Below are positions 37,829 through 46,621 of a stretch of DNA of 64,000 bases, piece after piece; position 1 is the stretch's first letter, and each line of letters starts with the position of its first letter. A program made the translations under genes and the position numbers. The notes under the pieces are model-generated. The model worked only from the letters and a program-made list of their open reading frames with translations, was not told where the DNA came from and did not search any database. Source of the stretch: Spirulina sp. (GTDB lineage: Bacteria > Cyanobacteriota > Cyanobacteriia > Phormidesmidales > Phormidesmidaceae); assembly GCA_044070495.1 (NCBI GenBank), contig JBIPSI010000005.1:1-64000 (forward strand), written 5' to 3'.

Positions 37829-40800
37829 TTACTCCCCAAAGATGGACAGTTGGGTGGTGGTTTCTTGGGGATGCTTGCGCTCCCAAGTTTGCAAAATGCG
37901 GCGAGCCAAGGTGGCAGCCTGACGAATTTCGGCGGTGGCTCCCCGATCTTTGTGCCAGTCGAGCAGGGCGGCGAGGGCAGGGTGGGGTCGAAAGTTGGGG
38001 TTGTTGAGGGTGTCGTTGGCGTTGATGCCGCTGTTCTCGAAGCAGGCTCCGATGAGGATCATGGCTTGGTCGTAGTCGTTGGTGAGGCGCTGGCGGTGTT
38101 TACCATGCCAGGTTTGGGCGATTTCGAGGGGGGAGGTGAGGTAATACACTTTTTTCTGCTGCTTGCACCAGCCGCGTTCTTCAAATTCTTGGGGAGAAAT
38201 GCCCGTGCCGCGCAGGTATTTTTGCATTTGGTCGCGGGGTAGCTCGGTTTGGCGATCAAAGATTCTCAGAAATTGCCGGGTAAAGGGTTCTGCTTCGATG
38301 GGCGGCAGCACGTCGTTGGTGCTGTTTTCTTCGTCCAAAAGCTGAAAGATACCCACCAGCGCTTCTTTAACGGAAATGGGTTTGCCTTCGTCTAAATACA
38401 CTTTGCCATAGTGGCGAGAGTAATATTCTAGGGCTTTGCCTCGCTTAATGACTTGCAGATCGGCCTTGGGCAAACCTGCTTTTTCGTGCAGTTCTAAAAT
38501 GCCTTGCAGTTGGCGAACAGCGTTCAGTACCTCCCGGCGCATTTTGCCCCAGCTTACGGGTTGGGGTTCTTCCATGCGCTTGCGGCAAACGTGGACAATG
38601 TCGTATTCAATCTTTTGAGAACCAAAGGTACCCGGCTTTGAGCCTTCTCCTTTCGTTTCGTCAGAACGAATTGGGTAAGCTTGCTCTAGATAAAAGCCCG
38701 CATCAAAAAGACTTTCAAGGACATCGACCCACGGTTCATCTAAACTATGATGGAATGTAAAAGCTAGTATTCCTCCTGGCTTAAGCAATCGATTTGACTC
38801 GCTCCAGCACTGAGTTAAAAGACGCTTGTAAAAGCCATCAGGATCTTCAGGTTCCCGAGCCTTGTTTGAAAGGCATTCAAGAGCCTTTGGTGAAAATCTT
38901 GCGTCAAAATGCTCAGGATACTTTTCTTTCAGAATCAATTTAAGCCAAACATAGAAAAAGTCTGAAAGCTCTGAGTAATGAAGTAGCCCCCCAAATGGAG
39001 GATCAGTTATTACTGCATCCAAAGATTCACTGTCTCGACTTTTGATACTTGTACAAGAGGACGACTCTATCTCAAAGCTTGTTTCAACAACAGAATCAAA
39101 ACAATTAACTTTAATACTTTTCCCGCTGATTTCATCTGCAAGATAAGTTGGCAAAGATTTTTTTCCAATCAACTCCCAGGGCGAATTAAACCACGCATGG
39201 CCCTTGCGTAAGATCTCCACAGTTGAAGCCCAGGGGCCATACCCCATTGGGCTAAAAACTCCTACCTCAACAACATTAGATTTTGGATGAAAATTACTGT
39301 TTGACAATGCTGGAGCAAGTTTGTCATAGGTCATATGCCAAAAGGAAAACATGCACTGATTGCGAAGATACTGCTGAAATCCCCCTAATACGTATTCTTT
39401 GACTTTCCAAGAGTGATTATGTAAATTATCTTCGCTTATAGCTCTCAATATCTGAGCATGACCCAGTAACTGGCGGCTGTTGAACATCTTCCACCAATGG
39501 GTATACCCATGATTTGGAATCCCCCCATTATTCATGGAAGTCATAAACCCATAGGGCACCTCACTGCGAGGCCAAAAATCAGCTAAATCTTTCTCTTTGC
39601 GGGCTTCCCATTCCCGATCTGCTGCATCAAACCCAGCCGTGTTGGCTACGGGCGCAAAAAAGCGGCCCCCATAGGGCTTGTCTTCCTTCGCGCAGTCTGG
39701 GCAATAGCCCTGAATGGCATACATCGCCACCGGGCCAGTTTTGCGCGTTGCTTTTACCGTCGTCAAAATGTCCTGAGTTGTCCCACAGGCTCCACAGGCA
39801 TAGTGCGACTTCCTCGGCACCGTGCCCACATCCGTTTTTATCGTAATGCCCGTATCTGGGCAGATAACTTCCTCCGGTAATTCACCCCTCACCTCCAGCA
39901 GCTTTATCTTGCTCGCCCGTTCCCGGTTCCAAGCTGCTGTCGCCTCTGGCGTATCCGTCGCGCTGCCGCCATATTCCGTTCCATCCGGTGACATCTTCGG
40001 CGACCCTGCCAACCACTGCGGATGCACCAACAACGACAACGACACCTTCTTCTTCTGCCATCGGGGCATCACCATACCCTTCGATAGCTGCCGATGGCCA
40101 CAGTGCGGGCACGTCACCTTATTTTCCGCATCCAACACCGCATAGGGCGCTTCACCCTCCGCCACCACCAGCGACACCCCCGGTGCCATGCGGGCCTCCT
40201 GCGGTTCCTCATCAAACTTGCCGCCACACTGCTCACACTCCCGATCCAGCCATGCCTTCACCGTCAGCGTTTTCACCGCCATCACCGGGCTGCTCATAAT
40301 CGGTGTGCGGTGGCCACAGCCCGTCACCTGGCAAGGGCCATGCTTCGCCCAAAACACATAGATAATCTCCGGGCCATCGTAGCGATAATCCTTCCGTTCC
40401 TCCGGCGTCAGGCCCAGCGGGTCAAAGGTCTCATCCATCACCCGATTCGTGGAAAGCTGCGTCCACTTGCCCTTGTGCCCCCTAGGGCAATCGCAGGCAT
40501 AGAACGGCATAATCTGCGGCTTTACCTCCGCCTCAATATCCGCCAGCAGCGCCTCCACTTCTTTGATGTCTACCTGGGCCAGCTCATTCTTCACCACAAA
40601 CCAGGCCACCGGGTTTAGGTCTACCCCAAACATCTGCATCCCCAGCCGCGACCCCTCCACAACGGTGGTGCCCCCGCCCATAAAAATATCCGCCACCTTC
40701 AGATGGCTCAGCGCCCCCTTCTTCTGGTGGTTGGCGTAGTACACATCCCACACCGCCTTCGCCGCCTCCGCCGGGTCATCCGGCGCTTTCATCGCCGCCG

Positions 40801-41089
40801 CCAGCAGCAGCGCCCGAAACACACTCGACCGCCGCCGCGCCCACCACTTCGACATTTGGTAAATCGGCTTGCCCGCATTGCCCTCAATCGCCGCAATCTG
40901 GTTAATCGGCAAAATCGGGAAGTCTACCTCCAGGCACGTCTTAGGCCGATTGGGGTCAGAGAAATCCACCGTCTCCACCGCTACCGGACGGCCTGCCCCC
41001 ACCGCCTTGGCCACCTGCTCCGCCAGCCACTCTTTTTTGGTTTGCTTCTTCTCTCGTGCCACGGTTGCCCTATCCTTTGCTGATTTCAA
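37829..41089 (-). CDS. DUF1156-type amino DNA methyltransferase with Zn ribbons
   Basis: KWWARR, DIFMGGGTT (motif I), TDPPF (motif IV), many CxxC, LKPGG.L.FTFHH. Confidence 0.88.
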   Translation of the reverse strand: MKSAKDRATVAREKKQTKKEWLAEQVAKAVGAGRPVAVETVDFSDPNRPKTCLEVDFPILPINQIAAIEGNAGKPIYQMSKWWARRRSSVFRALLLAAAMKAPDDPAEAAKAVWDVYYANHQKKGALSHLKVADIFMGGGTTVVEGSRLGMQMFGVDLNPVAWFVVKNELAQVDIKEVEALLADIEAEVKPQIMPFYACDCPRGHKGKWTQLSTNRVMDETFDPLGLTPEERKDYRYDGPEIIYVFWAKHGPCQVTGCGHRTPIMSSPVMAVKTLTVKAWLDRECEQCGGKFDEEPQEARMAPGVSLVVAEGEAPYAVLDAENKVTCPHCGHRQLSKGMVMPRWQKKKVSLSLLVHPQWLAGSPKMSPDGTEYGGSATDTPEATAAWNRERASKIKLLEVRGELPEEVICPDTGITIKTDVGTVPRKSHYACGACGTTQDILTTVKATRKTGPVAMYAIQGYCPDCAKEDKPYGGRFFAPVANTAGFDAADREWEARKEKDLADFWPRSEVPYGFMTSMNNGGIPNHGYTHWWKMFNSRQLLGHAQILRAISEDNLHNHSWKVKEYVLGGFQQYLRNQCMFSFWHMTYDKLAPALSNSNFHPKSNVVEVGVFSPMGYGPWASTVEILRKGHAWFNSPWELIGKKSLPTYLADEISGKSIKVNCFDSVVETSFEIESSSCTSIKSRDSESLDAVITDPPFGGLLHYSELSDFFYVWLKLILKEKYPEHFDARFSPKALECLSNKAREPEDPDGFYKRLLTQCWSESNRLLKPGGILAFTFHHSLDEPWVDVLESLFDAGFYLEQAYPIRSDETKGEGSKPGTFGSQKIEYDIVHVCRKRMEEPQPVSWGKMRREVLNAVRQLQGILELHEKAGLPKADLQVIKRGKALEYYSRHYGKVYLDEGKPISVKEALVGIFQLLDEENSTNDVLPPIEAEPFTRQFLRIFDRQTELPRDQMQKYLRGTGISPQEFEERGWCKQQKKVYYLTSPLEIAQTWHGKHRQRLTNDYDQAMILIGACFENSGINANDTLNNPNFRPHPALAALLDWHKDRGATAEIRQAATLARRILQTWERKHPQETTTQLSIFGE

Positions 41090-42065
41090 TAAACGGCGAC
41101 GCTACCTCCAACACACTCAGCCCCCCGTGGGTGAGCGTGGGGTAGCCGCTTTGGCCCTTCCATTTGCGACGGCCCAACACATAGCGATGGCACCCCCGGC
41201 GCGAGTCCAACACCACGTCAATCGGCGGGTTCCAGTTACCGAGAGGCTCCTTGGGGTCAGCCCATCGGCCATTCTTAAATGCAGATTTGAGATAATCGGC
41301 CTGTTCCCCATCCGCATTGGCAAACAGACTGCTAGCCGCATAGCCGTGGTCAGAGGTGATCACCAACCGCCGCCCCGTCGCCAGCCGCTCCACCAAGGCC
41401 CAAAAATCATCGCTGGTGAGGTTTTTTTCTGCCTCTAGAGCTAGCTTATCTAGCCCCGACCCAGCTTTTTCACCCAGCTCATGCACCCGATTGTCGGGCC
41501 AGTGGTGCCACAGCACCCAGTGGCGCTCTGAACCGATCATCGTTGAACAATCGATCCAGGGCAAATCTAAGCTCTCGGTCACTGCCCCTGCCAGCCGGTG
41601 CGAGTGCCCCGCCTGGTTATTGGCCAGGGCCGACCGCTGGGCAAACCCTAACGCTTGGGCAAAGGGGGTGGTATCGGCGGGCAGTTCGGCCCCCGTCACC
41701 TTGGTCTGTAGAATCTGAAACCCTCGCGCTTGGGCACCCTGGAGCAACCAGGGTACCTCCCGCAGGGAAAGGCCATCTAAAATCAGCACCGCTTTGCCCC
41801 CCAGTTGGCGATTCCACCAACTCGCTAGGGCATCGGCGGTGTGCTCCACTTCGGCATCGTAGGTCTGCCACAGATCCCAGGCGGCAGAGGCGAGGAACAG
41901 GTCAACGGCCTCCAGATCGCGATCGCGCTGCACGATGGTCGGGCCAACCTTGCCGGGCGGTACTGGCGGGCTAAAGATCTGCCACGCATAGGCAAAAATC
42001 GCCGCCCACCCCGCCGAGGCCGGAGCCGTTAAGGCCTTTTGCAGAAGTTCTAGGGAAGCCGTCAT
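41070..42065 (-). CDS. PglZ-like alkaline-phosphatase-superfamily protein
   Basis: LILDGLS, LPADT, VITSDHGY, HGGLSVLE..P. Confidence 0.75.
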   Translation of the reverse strand: MTASLELLQKALTAPASAGWAAIFAYAWQIFSPPVPPGKVGPTIVQRDRDLEAVDLFLASAAWDLWQTYDAEVEHTADALASWWNRQLGGKAVLILDGLSLREVPWLLQGAQARGFQILQTKVTGAELPADTTPFAQALGFAQRSALANNQAGHSHRLAGAVTESLDLPWIDCSTMIGSERHWVLWHHWPDNRVHELGEKAGSGLDKLALEAEKNLTSDDFWALVERLATGRRLVITSDHGYAASSLFANADGEQADYLKSAFKNGRWADPKEPLGNWNPPIDVVLDSRRGCHRYVLGRRKWKGQSGYPTLTHGGLSVLEVASPFIEISKG

Positions 42066-44842
42066 TAGCCTTCCTCCTTATCGAGTTCGAGGCCATAGGT
42101 CAGCCCGTCGGGCAGGTTTTTCAGCAGCTTTTGCAGTTGTGCCCCGGTCAACGACTCCACGCTAAGGGTCAGGTTTTTCACCTGGGATCCGGGGTTGATG
42201 CCCCACTCGTCAGTGGCCTTGGCATAGAGGTTGAGGGCAGAGGTGGCCGGGGTGAAACGGCGAGACACCTGGGCTGGTGGCGTAGAGTCAAAGATGGATC
42301 CGCCCATTGATCCACCCGTGGTACCTACCCCTGTGCCTGGGTCGGGTTCGTGGGGTATGGGTGGTGGTGGTGTGGTGGGCGGGGGGTAGGGGGTGTCTCC
42401 GGTCGGTATCGTCGGGGGCGATCCACCAGAATCGGGCGACACAATGCTGGTACTGCTCGATCCTGTGGAGGCGGGCGGGGCAGAGGAGCCGGACGACGAC
42501 CCATCGGAGGTGGGGGCGGCCTGGGGCAGTTGCAGGTAGGTTTCTTCTAGGTGTCTGCCGCTGGGGAGCTTTGCCTTCATGCGGTGATAGGCAGCGGATT
42601 CCTCTTCTCCTGGCTTGGCCTGGATGGTTTCTCGCCCCTGGAGGTTGATGGCCAGTTTGCCCTGGGCACAGAGGCGAATTAGCTTTTCCTTCACCTGCAC
42701 TTCCCCTAGCCAAGGAATGCAGTCTCTGCCGTTCGTGCGGGGTTCTTGCAGTTCGCTCAACAGCTTGCTCACCGAGTCGCCATTGGTCGTTGCCTCCAGC
42801 ACCTGCTCCTCAAAGTCTTCAGGAATAAAGATGTCCCGACGCAGGCGTTCTTCAATAGCATCGGGAATCTTAGATCCCTTAGCCTGCAACCCTTCCACCA
42901 CAAACTGACAGCGGTTCGGTTCGCCATAGTTCCAGGTTTGCAGAATCGCAAAGCGATCAAAGCGATCCTGAAGGGCCTCCTGCAACTGTCGATGATATTT
43001 CTTTTCAAACCCCTTATATTCAGGGCTTTGCCCTTGCCATTCCTTGGCTTTGAGCACGGCCCGCGCCAAAACAATCAAGTCGCGGTCGTAGTAGGCGTTT
43101 GAGCTGCCTACTTTGGGCAGCAGAAACCGAATGGTATTGCGGCGTTTGGGCACATGCTCCTTCAGCCAAGGGCCAAGCCGTTCATTCAGCTTAGCCACCT
43201 CCTCCGGAATCACCAGGATAGGCAATCGGGCATCCCACTGGTCGGGGTGTTCAGCGGGGTCGAGTTCTCCCCACGGATTGCTAAGCCATTGGGTAGGCAG
43301 CACAATCACCCGGAAATCTCCCCGCAGATCGCCGCTGCCCGCCAGGGCGTAGCGAATCTCGTTGCGCAGGTGCAACTGATCGGAACCGTCCTCAAACAGA
43401 CGATCGTTACGGGCAAAGGCCATCAGCTTGGTCTGGGGGTTGTCCTCTACCTGGAACACCAGGCGATCGCCCAGCCGATGAATGTTGAAGCTGTTCTCGG
43501 CGATGGTCTCTAGCTCAACCTGGAAGGCGTTTTCATCAATGGCGCGATCGCGGGTGATGTCGAGCTGGAGCGTTGCTGGATCGGCCCCGGTTAGCCGACT
43601 AACAGAAAGAGAACGCACCCATAGCGCCCCCATAACTTCCGACAGATGGGGCACCTCAGCATCTGGCCGCTTCACCGCCTCGCGGACAGCGACTAGGTTG
43701 CGCTGGGCCTTATCCCTAAGACTAAGATGACGCTGCCCCACCACCGAATCGAGCAATGAAGCTACCCCACTGACCTCATCATCGACCCGAAAATCAGCGG
43801 CGGTAATCAGCGGGCGATCACTATGGCGCTTGAATAAGTCAGCCAGAATTTTGATCAGGTCGCGGGTGTCCTGAGCCTCCGTGGCCACTAATATCTGGTC
43901 TTCCAACAACTGGAGCAGATGGGGAGCAAAGGGCCAAGCCTCAATAAATTCCTGCTGTTTGCGCTCCTGTTCGGTGGGCGGCACTGCTCTAAGCCGAAAA
44001 TACTCCGCCACATGGGCCTGGGTAAGGGATTCGATGGCTGACTCAGCCACCTGCATACGGTTCTCAAACAGTCGATGCAGCAGCAGTTTCCGGCGTTCGG
44101 AAGCGGCGTTAGGCCCCTCAAAGTCAATCAGGACAGGGTTCACCCGGTGGATTTGTAGATAGGCATCGGTTCCACCATTACGGACAGAAACTACCAGGGA
44201 CAGTAGATCGGGGTACTCCTGAGCAATTTCAGAGAGCATCTGAATAAAGCTAAACGCCCAGGTACGTGCCGGTAGCCGTTTGCTGTTTGTCAGGGCGTCG
44301 TACCAGGTCTGGAACTCGTCCAGAATCAGAACAATAGGTTGCTTCTGTAAAAGTTCTATAACGAGGTCATGGGGGAGAATGTCTGTTTTTTTGTCTCCCA
44401 TGCCTTCCCACTTACCCCGAATGTAATTCCCCTCCGGGTGTTCCTCCAGAATTAAATCCCATAAGTATTTGTACCTCTGGCGGTTGAGGTTGACGCTAAT
44501 GACCTGGGTATCGGTGCGGGGCCGTAGCCCAGCGATGTAGGGGCTACCAAGCTGCGCGGCCCAGTAGTTTAGCCATGTTGCGATTGCGTCAGGGGTCTTG
44601 ATGGCATGGTAGAGAGCCGCCATCAGGTGAGATTTACCTTTGCCGCGCTCACCCATCAACACCACCGGTCGCCCTTCCCCCGGCGCGAGGGCTGCCAACG
44701 TCTTGAGCAAATCGGTAGAAGGATAGGTAATGGCAAGGAACTGCTCAGCGGGAAGCTTACTCGCCTCCACCAAGTCGATTTGCGTTCCCTTGAGTCGTTT
44801 TCCTTCAAATTCTGAACGCAGTTGTAGGCCTAGCATAGGCAC
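42065..44842 (-). CDS. DUF499/BrxC-like P-loop ATPase
   Basis: FLAITYPS, GERGKGKSH Walker A, LILDEFQ Walker B, WPFAP, RDLIKILA. Confidence 0.82.
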   Translation of the reverse strand: MPMLGLQLRSEFEGKRLKGTQIDLVEASKLPAEQFLAITYPSTDLLKTLAALAPGEGRPVVLMGERGKGKSHLMAALYHAIKTPDAIATWLNYWAAQLGSPYIAGLRPRTDTQVISVNLNRQRYKYLWDLILEEHPEGNYIRGKWEGMGDKKTDILPHDLVIELLQKQPIVLILDEFQTWYDALTNSKRLPARTWAFSFIQMLSEIAQEYPDLLSLVVSVRNGGTDAYLQIHRVNPVLIDFEGPNAASERRKLLLHRLFENRMQVAESAIESLTQAHVAEYFRLRAVPPTEQERKQQEFIEAWPFAPHLLQLLEDQILVATEAQDTRDLIKILADLFKRHSDRPLITAADFRVDDEVSGVASLLDSVVGQRHLSLRDKAQRNLVAVREAVKRPDAEVPHLSEVMGALWVRSLSVSRLTGADPATLQLDITRDRAIDENAFQVELETIAENSFNIHRLGDRLVFQVEDNPQTKLMAFARNDRLFEDGSDQLHLRNEIRYALAGSGDLRGDFRVIVLPTQWLSNPWGELDPAEHPDQWDARLPILVIPEEVAKLNERLGPWLKEHVPKRRNTIRFLLPKVGSSNAYYDRDLIVLARAVLKAKEWQGQSPEYKGFEKKYHRQLQEALQDRFDRFAILQTWNYGEPNRCQFVVEGLQAKGSKIPDAIEERLRRDIFIPEDFEEQVLEATTNGDSVSKLLSELQEPRTNGRDCIPWLGEVQVKEKLIRLCAQGKLAINLQGRETIQAKPGEEESAAYHRMKAKLPSGRHLEETYLQLPQAAPTSDGSSSGSSAPPASTGSSSTSIVSPDSGGSPPTIPTGDTPYPPPTTPPPPIPHEPDPGTGVGTTGGSMGGSIFDSTPPAQVSRRFTPATSALNLYAKATDEWGINPGSQVKNLTLSVESLTGAQLQKLLKNLPDGLTYGLELDKEEG

Positions 44843-44999
44843 GCTCTAACTAAAGTTGGCAAACGATATCCAGTAGGGGCAGGCACTCGATGGGGACAAA
44901 GGGAACCCTTGTCAGATCCACAGATAACTGAAAAGGCTCCAATTTCGACCAGACAAACCGGGTCAGGATACCCCCAGATGAATCCATAGTACCCAAGAC

Positions 45000-45076
45000 T
45001 TGAAAAAAACATCAACTCGATGTTGACGTAGAAATCAACATCGGTTAGCTTGGTGGACAGTTGACGAAAAAATCAA
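45000..45076 (+). promoter_or_regulatory. Sigma70-like promoter overlaid by three TTGA-N8-TCAA operators
   Basis: Operators 45000-45015, 45023-45038 (9-bp perfect arms 45018-45043), 45061-45076; -35 TTGACG 45023-28, 17-bp spacer, -10 TAGCTT 45046-51. Confidence 0.7.
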
Positions 45077-45092
45077 GTTTTGGAGATTACCG

Positions 45093-46487
45093 ATGTCTAC
45101 ACCACCTTCTGTTTCCCTCAAGGCTCACGCCCCTGTCGCTGTCCGGCAGGTCAGCTTGTTTGATGAGCTAAGCGATTCGGGCTTTCACCCGCTCCATGTT
45201 CCCTTAGATGTGCTGGTCAGCATTCCAGCCAGCATCCGGCAAGACGAAATCCGATTGAATGACTATCTCATCCACGGCCTAAAGCTCGGCCTAGGGGCAC
45301 TCGCTCAGGCTGCCGTAAGCCTCGACACCACCGAGTACGTAGCCACTATCCAGCGGGAGTTTGCCGCCATTCAACAGTCCTGGAGCCAGCTCCAGACTGA
45401 GAGCCGCCAAGAGCTAGAACAGCTCATTGACCAAGAGTTGACCGGTGAAAATTCGGCCCTCGCCACCGAGCTAAAGCGCTATCTTGCTGACGGGGGCACC
45501 TTCACCAAGGCACTAGAGGATATTCACCGCAAACTTGCCGATCCCAATAACTTGACCAGCATTCCTGGCCAGGTCAAAGCGCTTTTGTCGGCAGCGTTTG
45601 AGCAGGCCGATGCCCCCTTCCGCAAAGCCCTAAGTATCGCTGACCACAACTCCCCCCTAGGCCAACTGCTGGAGCACCAGCAGCGAGAGCTAGCCAACCA
45701 CAAGGCGGCGATCACTCAACTGCACACCAACCTACATCAAGAGTTTAAGGAGCAGTTCGAGCTGATCAAAAACGGCCTGAACATTCAGGCACTGCTGGAG
45801 CAGCAGCAGGCAGAGCAATCGGCCCTGCTGGAAAAGAGCATCCAAAAAGGTCGCCCGTTTGAGGTTGTGGCCGCTGAGTGCCTAGACCAGGCCAGCCGCT
45901 ACTGTAAAGATATCGTCACTCCCCTAAGTGACGAGTTGGTGGAGGGCACTGGACGCAAGGTGGGCGATGTGCTGGTGGAAATCTTCGATGAAGCCTGCGC
46001 CGATATCAAGATCGTCGTAGAAACCAAGGCGGGTCAGTACAACATCGGCGGCAAGCGGGGGCTAATCAAACAAATGCAGGAGGCGATGGAGTTTCGCAAT
46101 GCCCAGGCTGCGATCGCCGTCGTTCACCGTGATTACGCCAAGCAAAACCAAGCCGTCTACAGCGAGTTAGGTCACAACCTTGTCATGGTTGCCGTAGATC
46201 CTGACAATGAGGAGTCTGGGTTGTTGCCCCTAGAGCTGGCCTATCTCTCTACTCGCTCTAAGCTGATTGCGCTCCACCGCAAAGGCAGCTCAGAGCAGCT
46301 TGATCTCAATGCTATCCAGCAAACTATCGATCAGCTATCGGCTTGCCTCAACAGCGCCCAGGCCATGAAAGCCAACTGCACCGCCGCCAAAACCAGTGTC
46401 GATAAGGTCTACGCAGATATTCAGCAGATGGAGTCAGGGGTCAAGCAGCAACTATCGACTCTCCGCTCTCAATTGGGGCTGGCTTAG
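45093..46487 (+). CDS. Coiled-coil protein with putative PD-(D/E)XK nuclease domain (RmuC/DUF2130-like)
   Basis: Long helical region, then KGRPFE..GD(VLV)..VVETK motif; GGAG RBS. Confidence 0.65.
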   Translation: MSTPPSVSLKAHAPVAVRQVSLFDELSDSGFHPLHVPLDVLVSIPASIRQDEIRLNDYLIHGLKLGLGALAQAAVSLDTTEYVATIQREFAAIQQSWSQLQTESRQELEQLIDQELTGENSALATELKRYLADGGTFTKALEDIHRKLADPNNLTSIPGQVKALLSAAFEQADAPFRKALSIADHNSPLGQLLEHQQRELANHKAAITQLHTNLHQEFKEQFELIKNGLNIQALLEQQQAEQSALLEKSIQKGRPFEVVAAECLDQASRYCKDIVTPLSDELVEGTGRKVGDVLVEIFDEACADIKIVVETKAGQYNIGGKRGLIKQMQEAMEFRNAQAAIAVVHRDYAKQNQAVYSELGHNLVMVAVDPDNEESGLLPLELAYLSTRSKLIALHRKGSSEQLDLNAIQQTIDQLSACLNSAQAMKANCTAAKTSVDKVYADIQQMESGVKQQLSTLRSQLGLA

Positions 46488-46621
46488 CAGACCGTGTACT
46501 CCCATCTGGCAAGTCAGGCTTTGTGTCCGAGGGGAGACGAGCCTACCCAACATCTGATTCCCAGTGAGCTTTGATCGCCCAGAAACAAGACAGCGTCTTT
46601 ATTCTCTCACGGTTGTAATTT

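Noticed and set aside
33412..46487. Calling the cargo canonical BREX type 1 or a type III RM system
   Set aside because: No recognisable brxA/brxL or res/mod pair; gene set and sizes differ.
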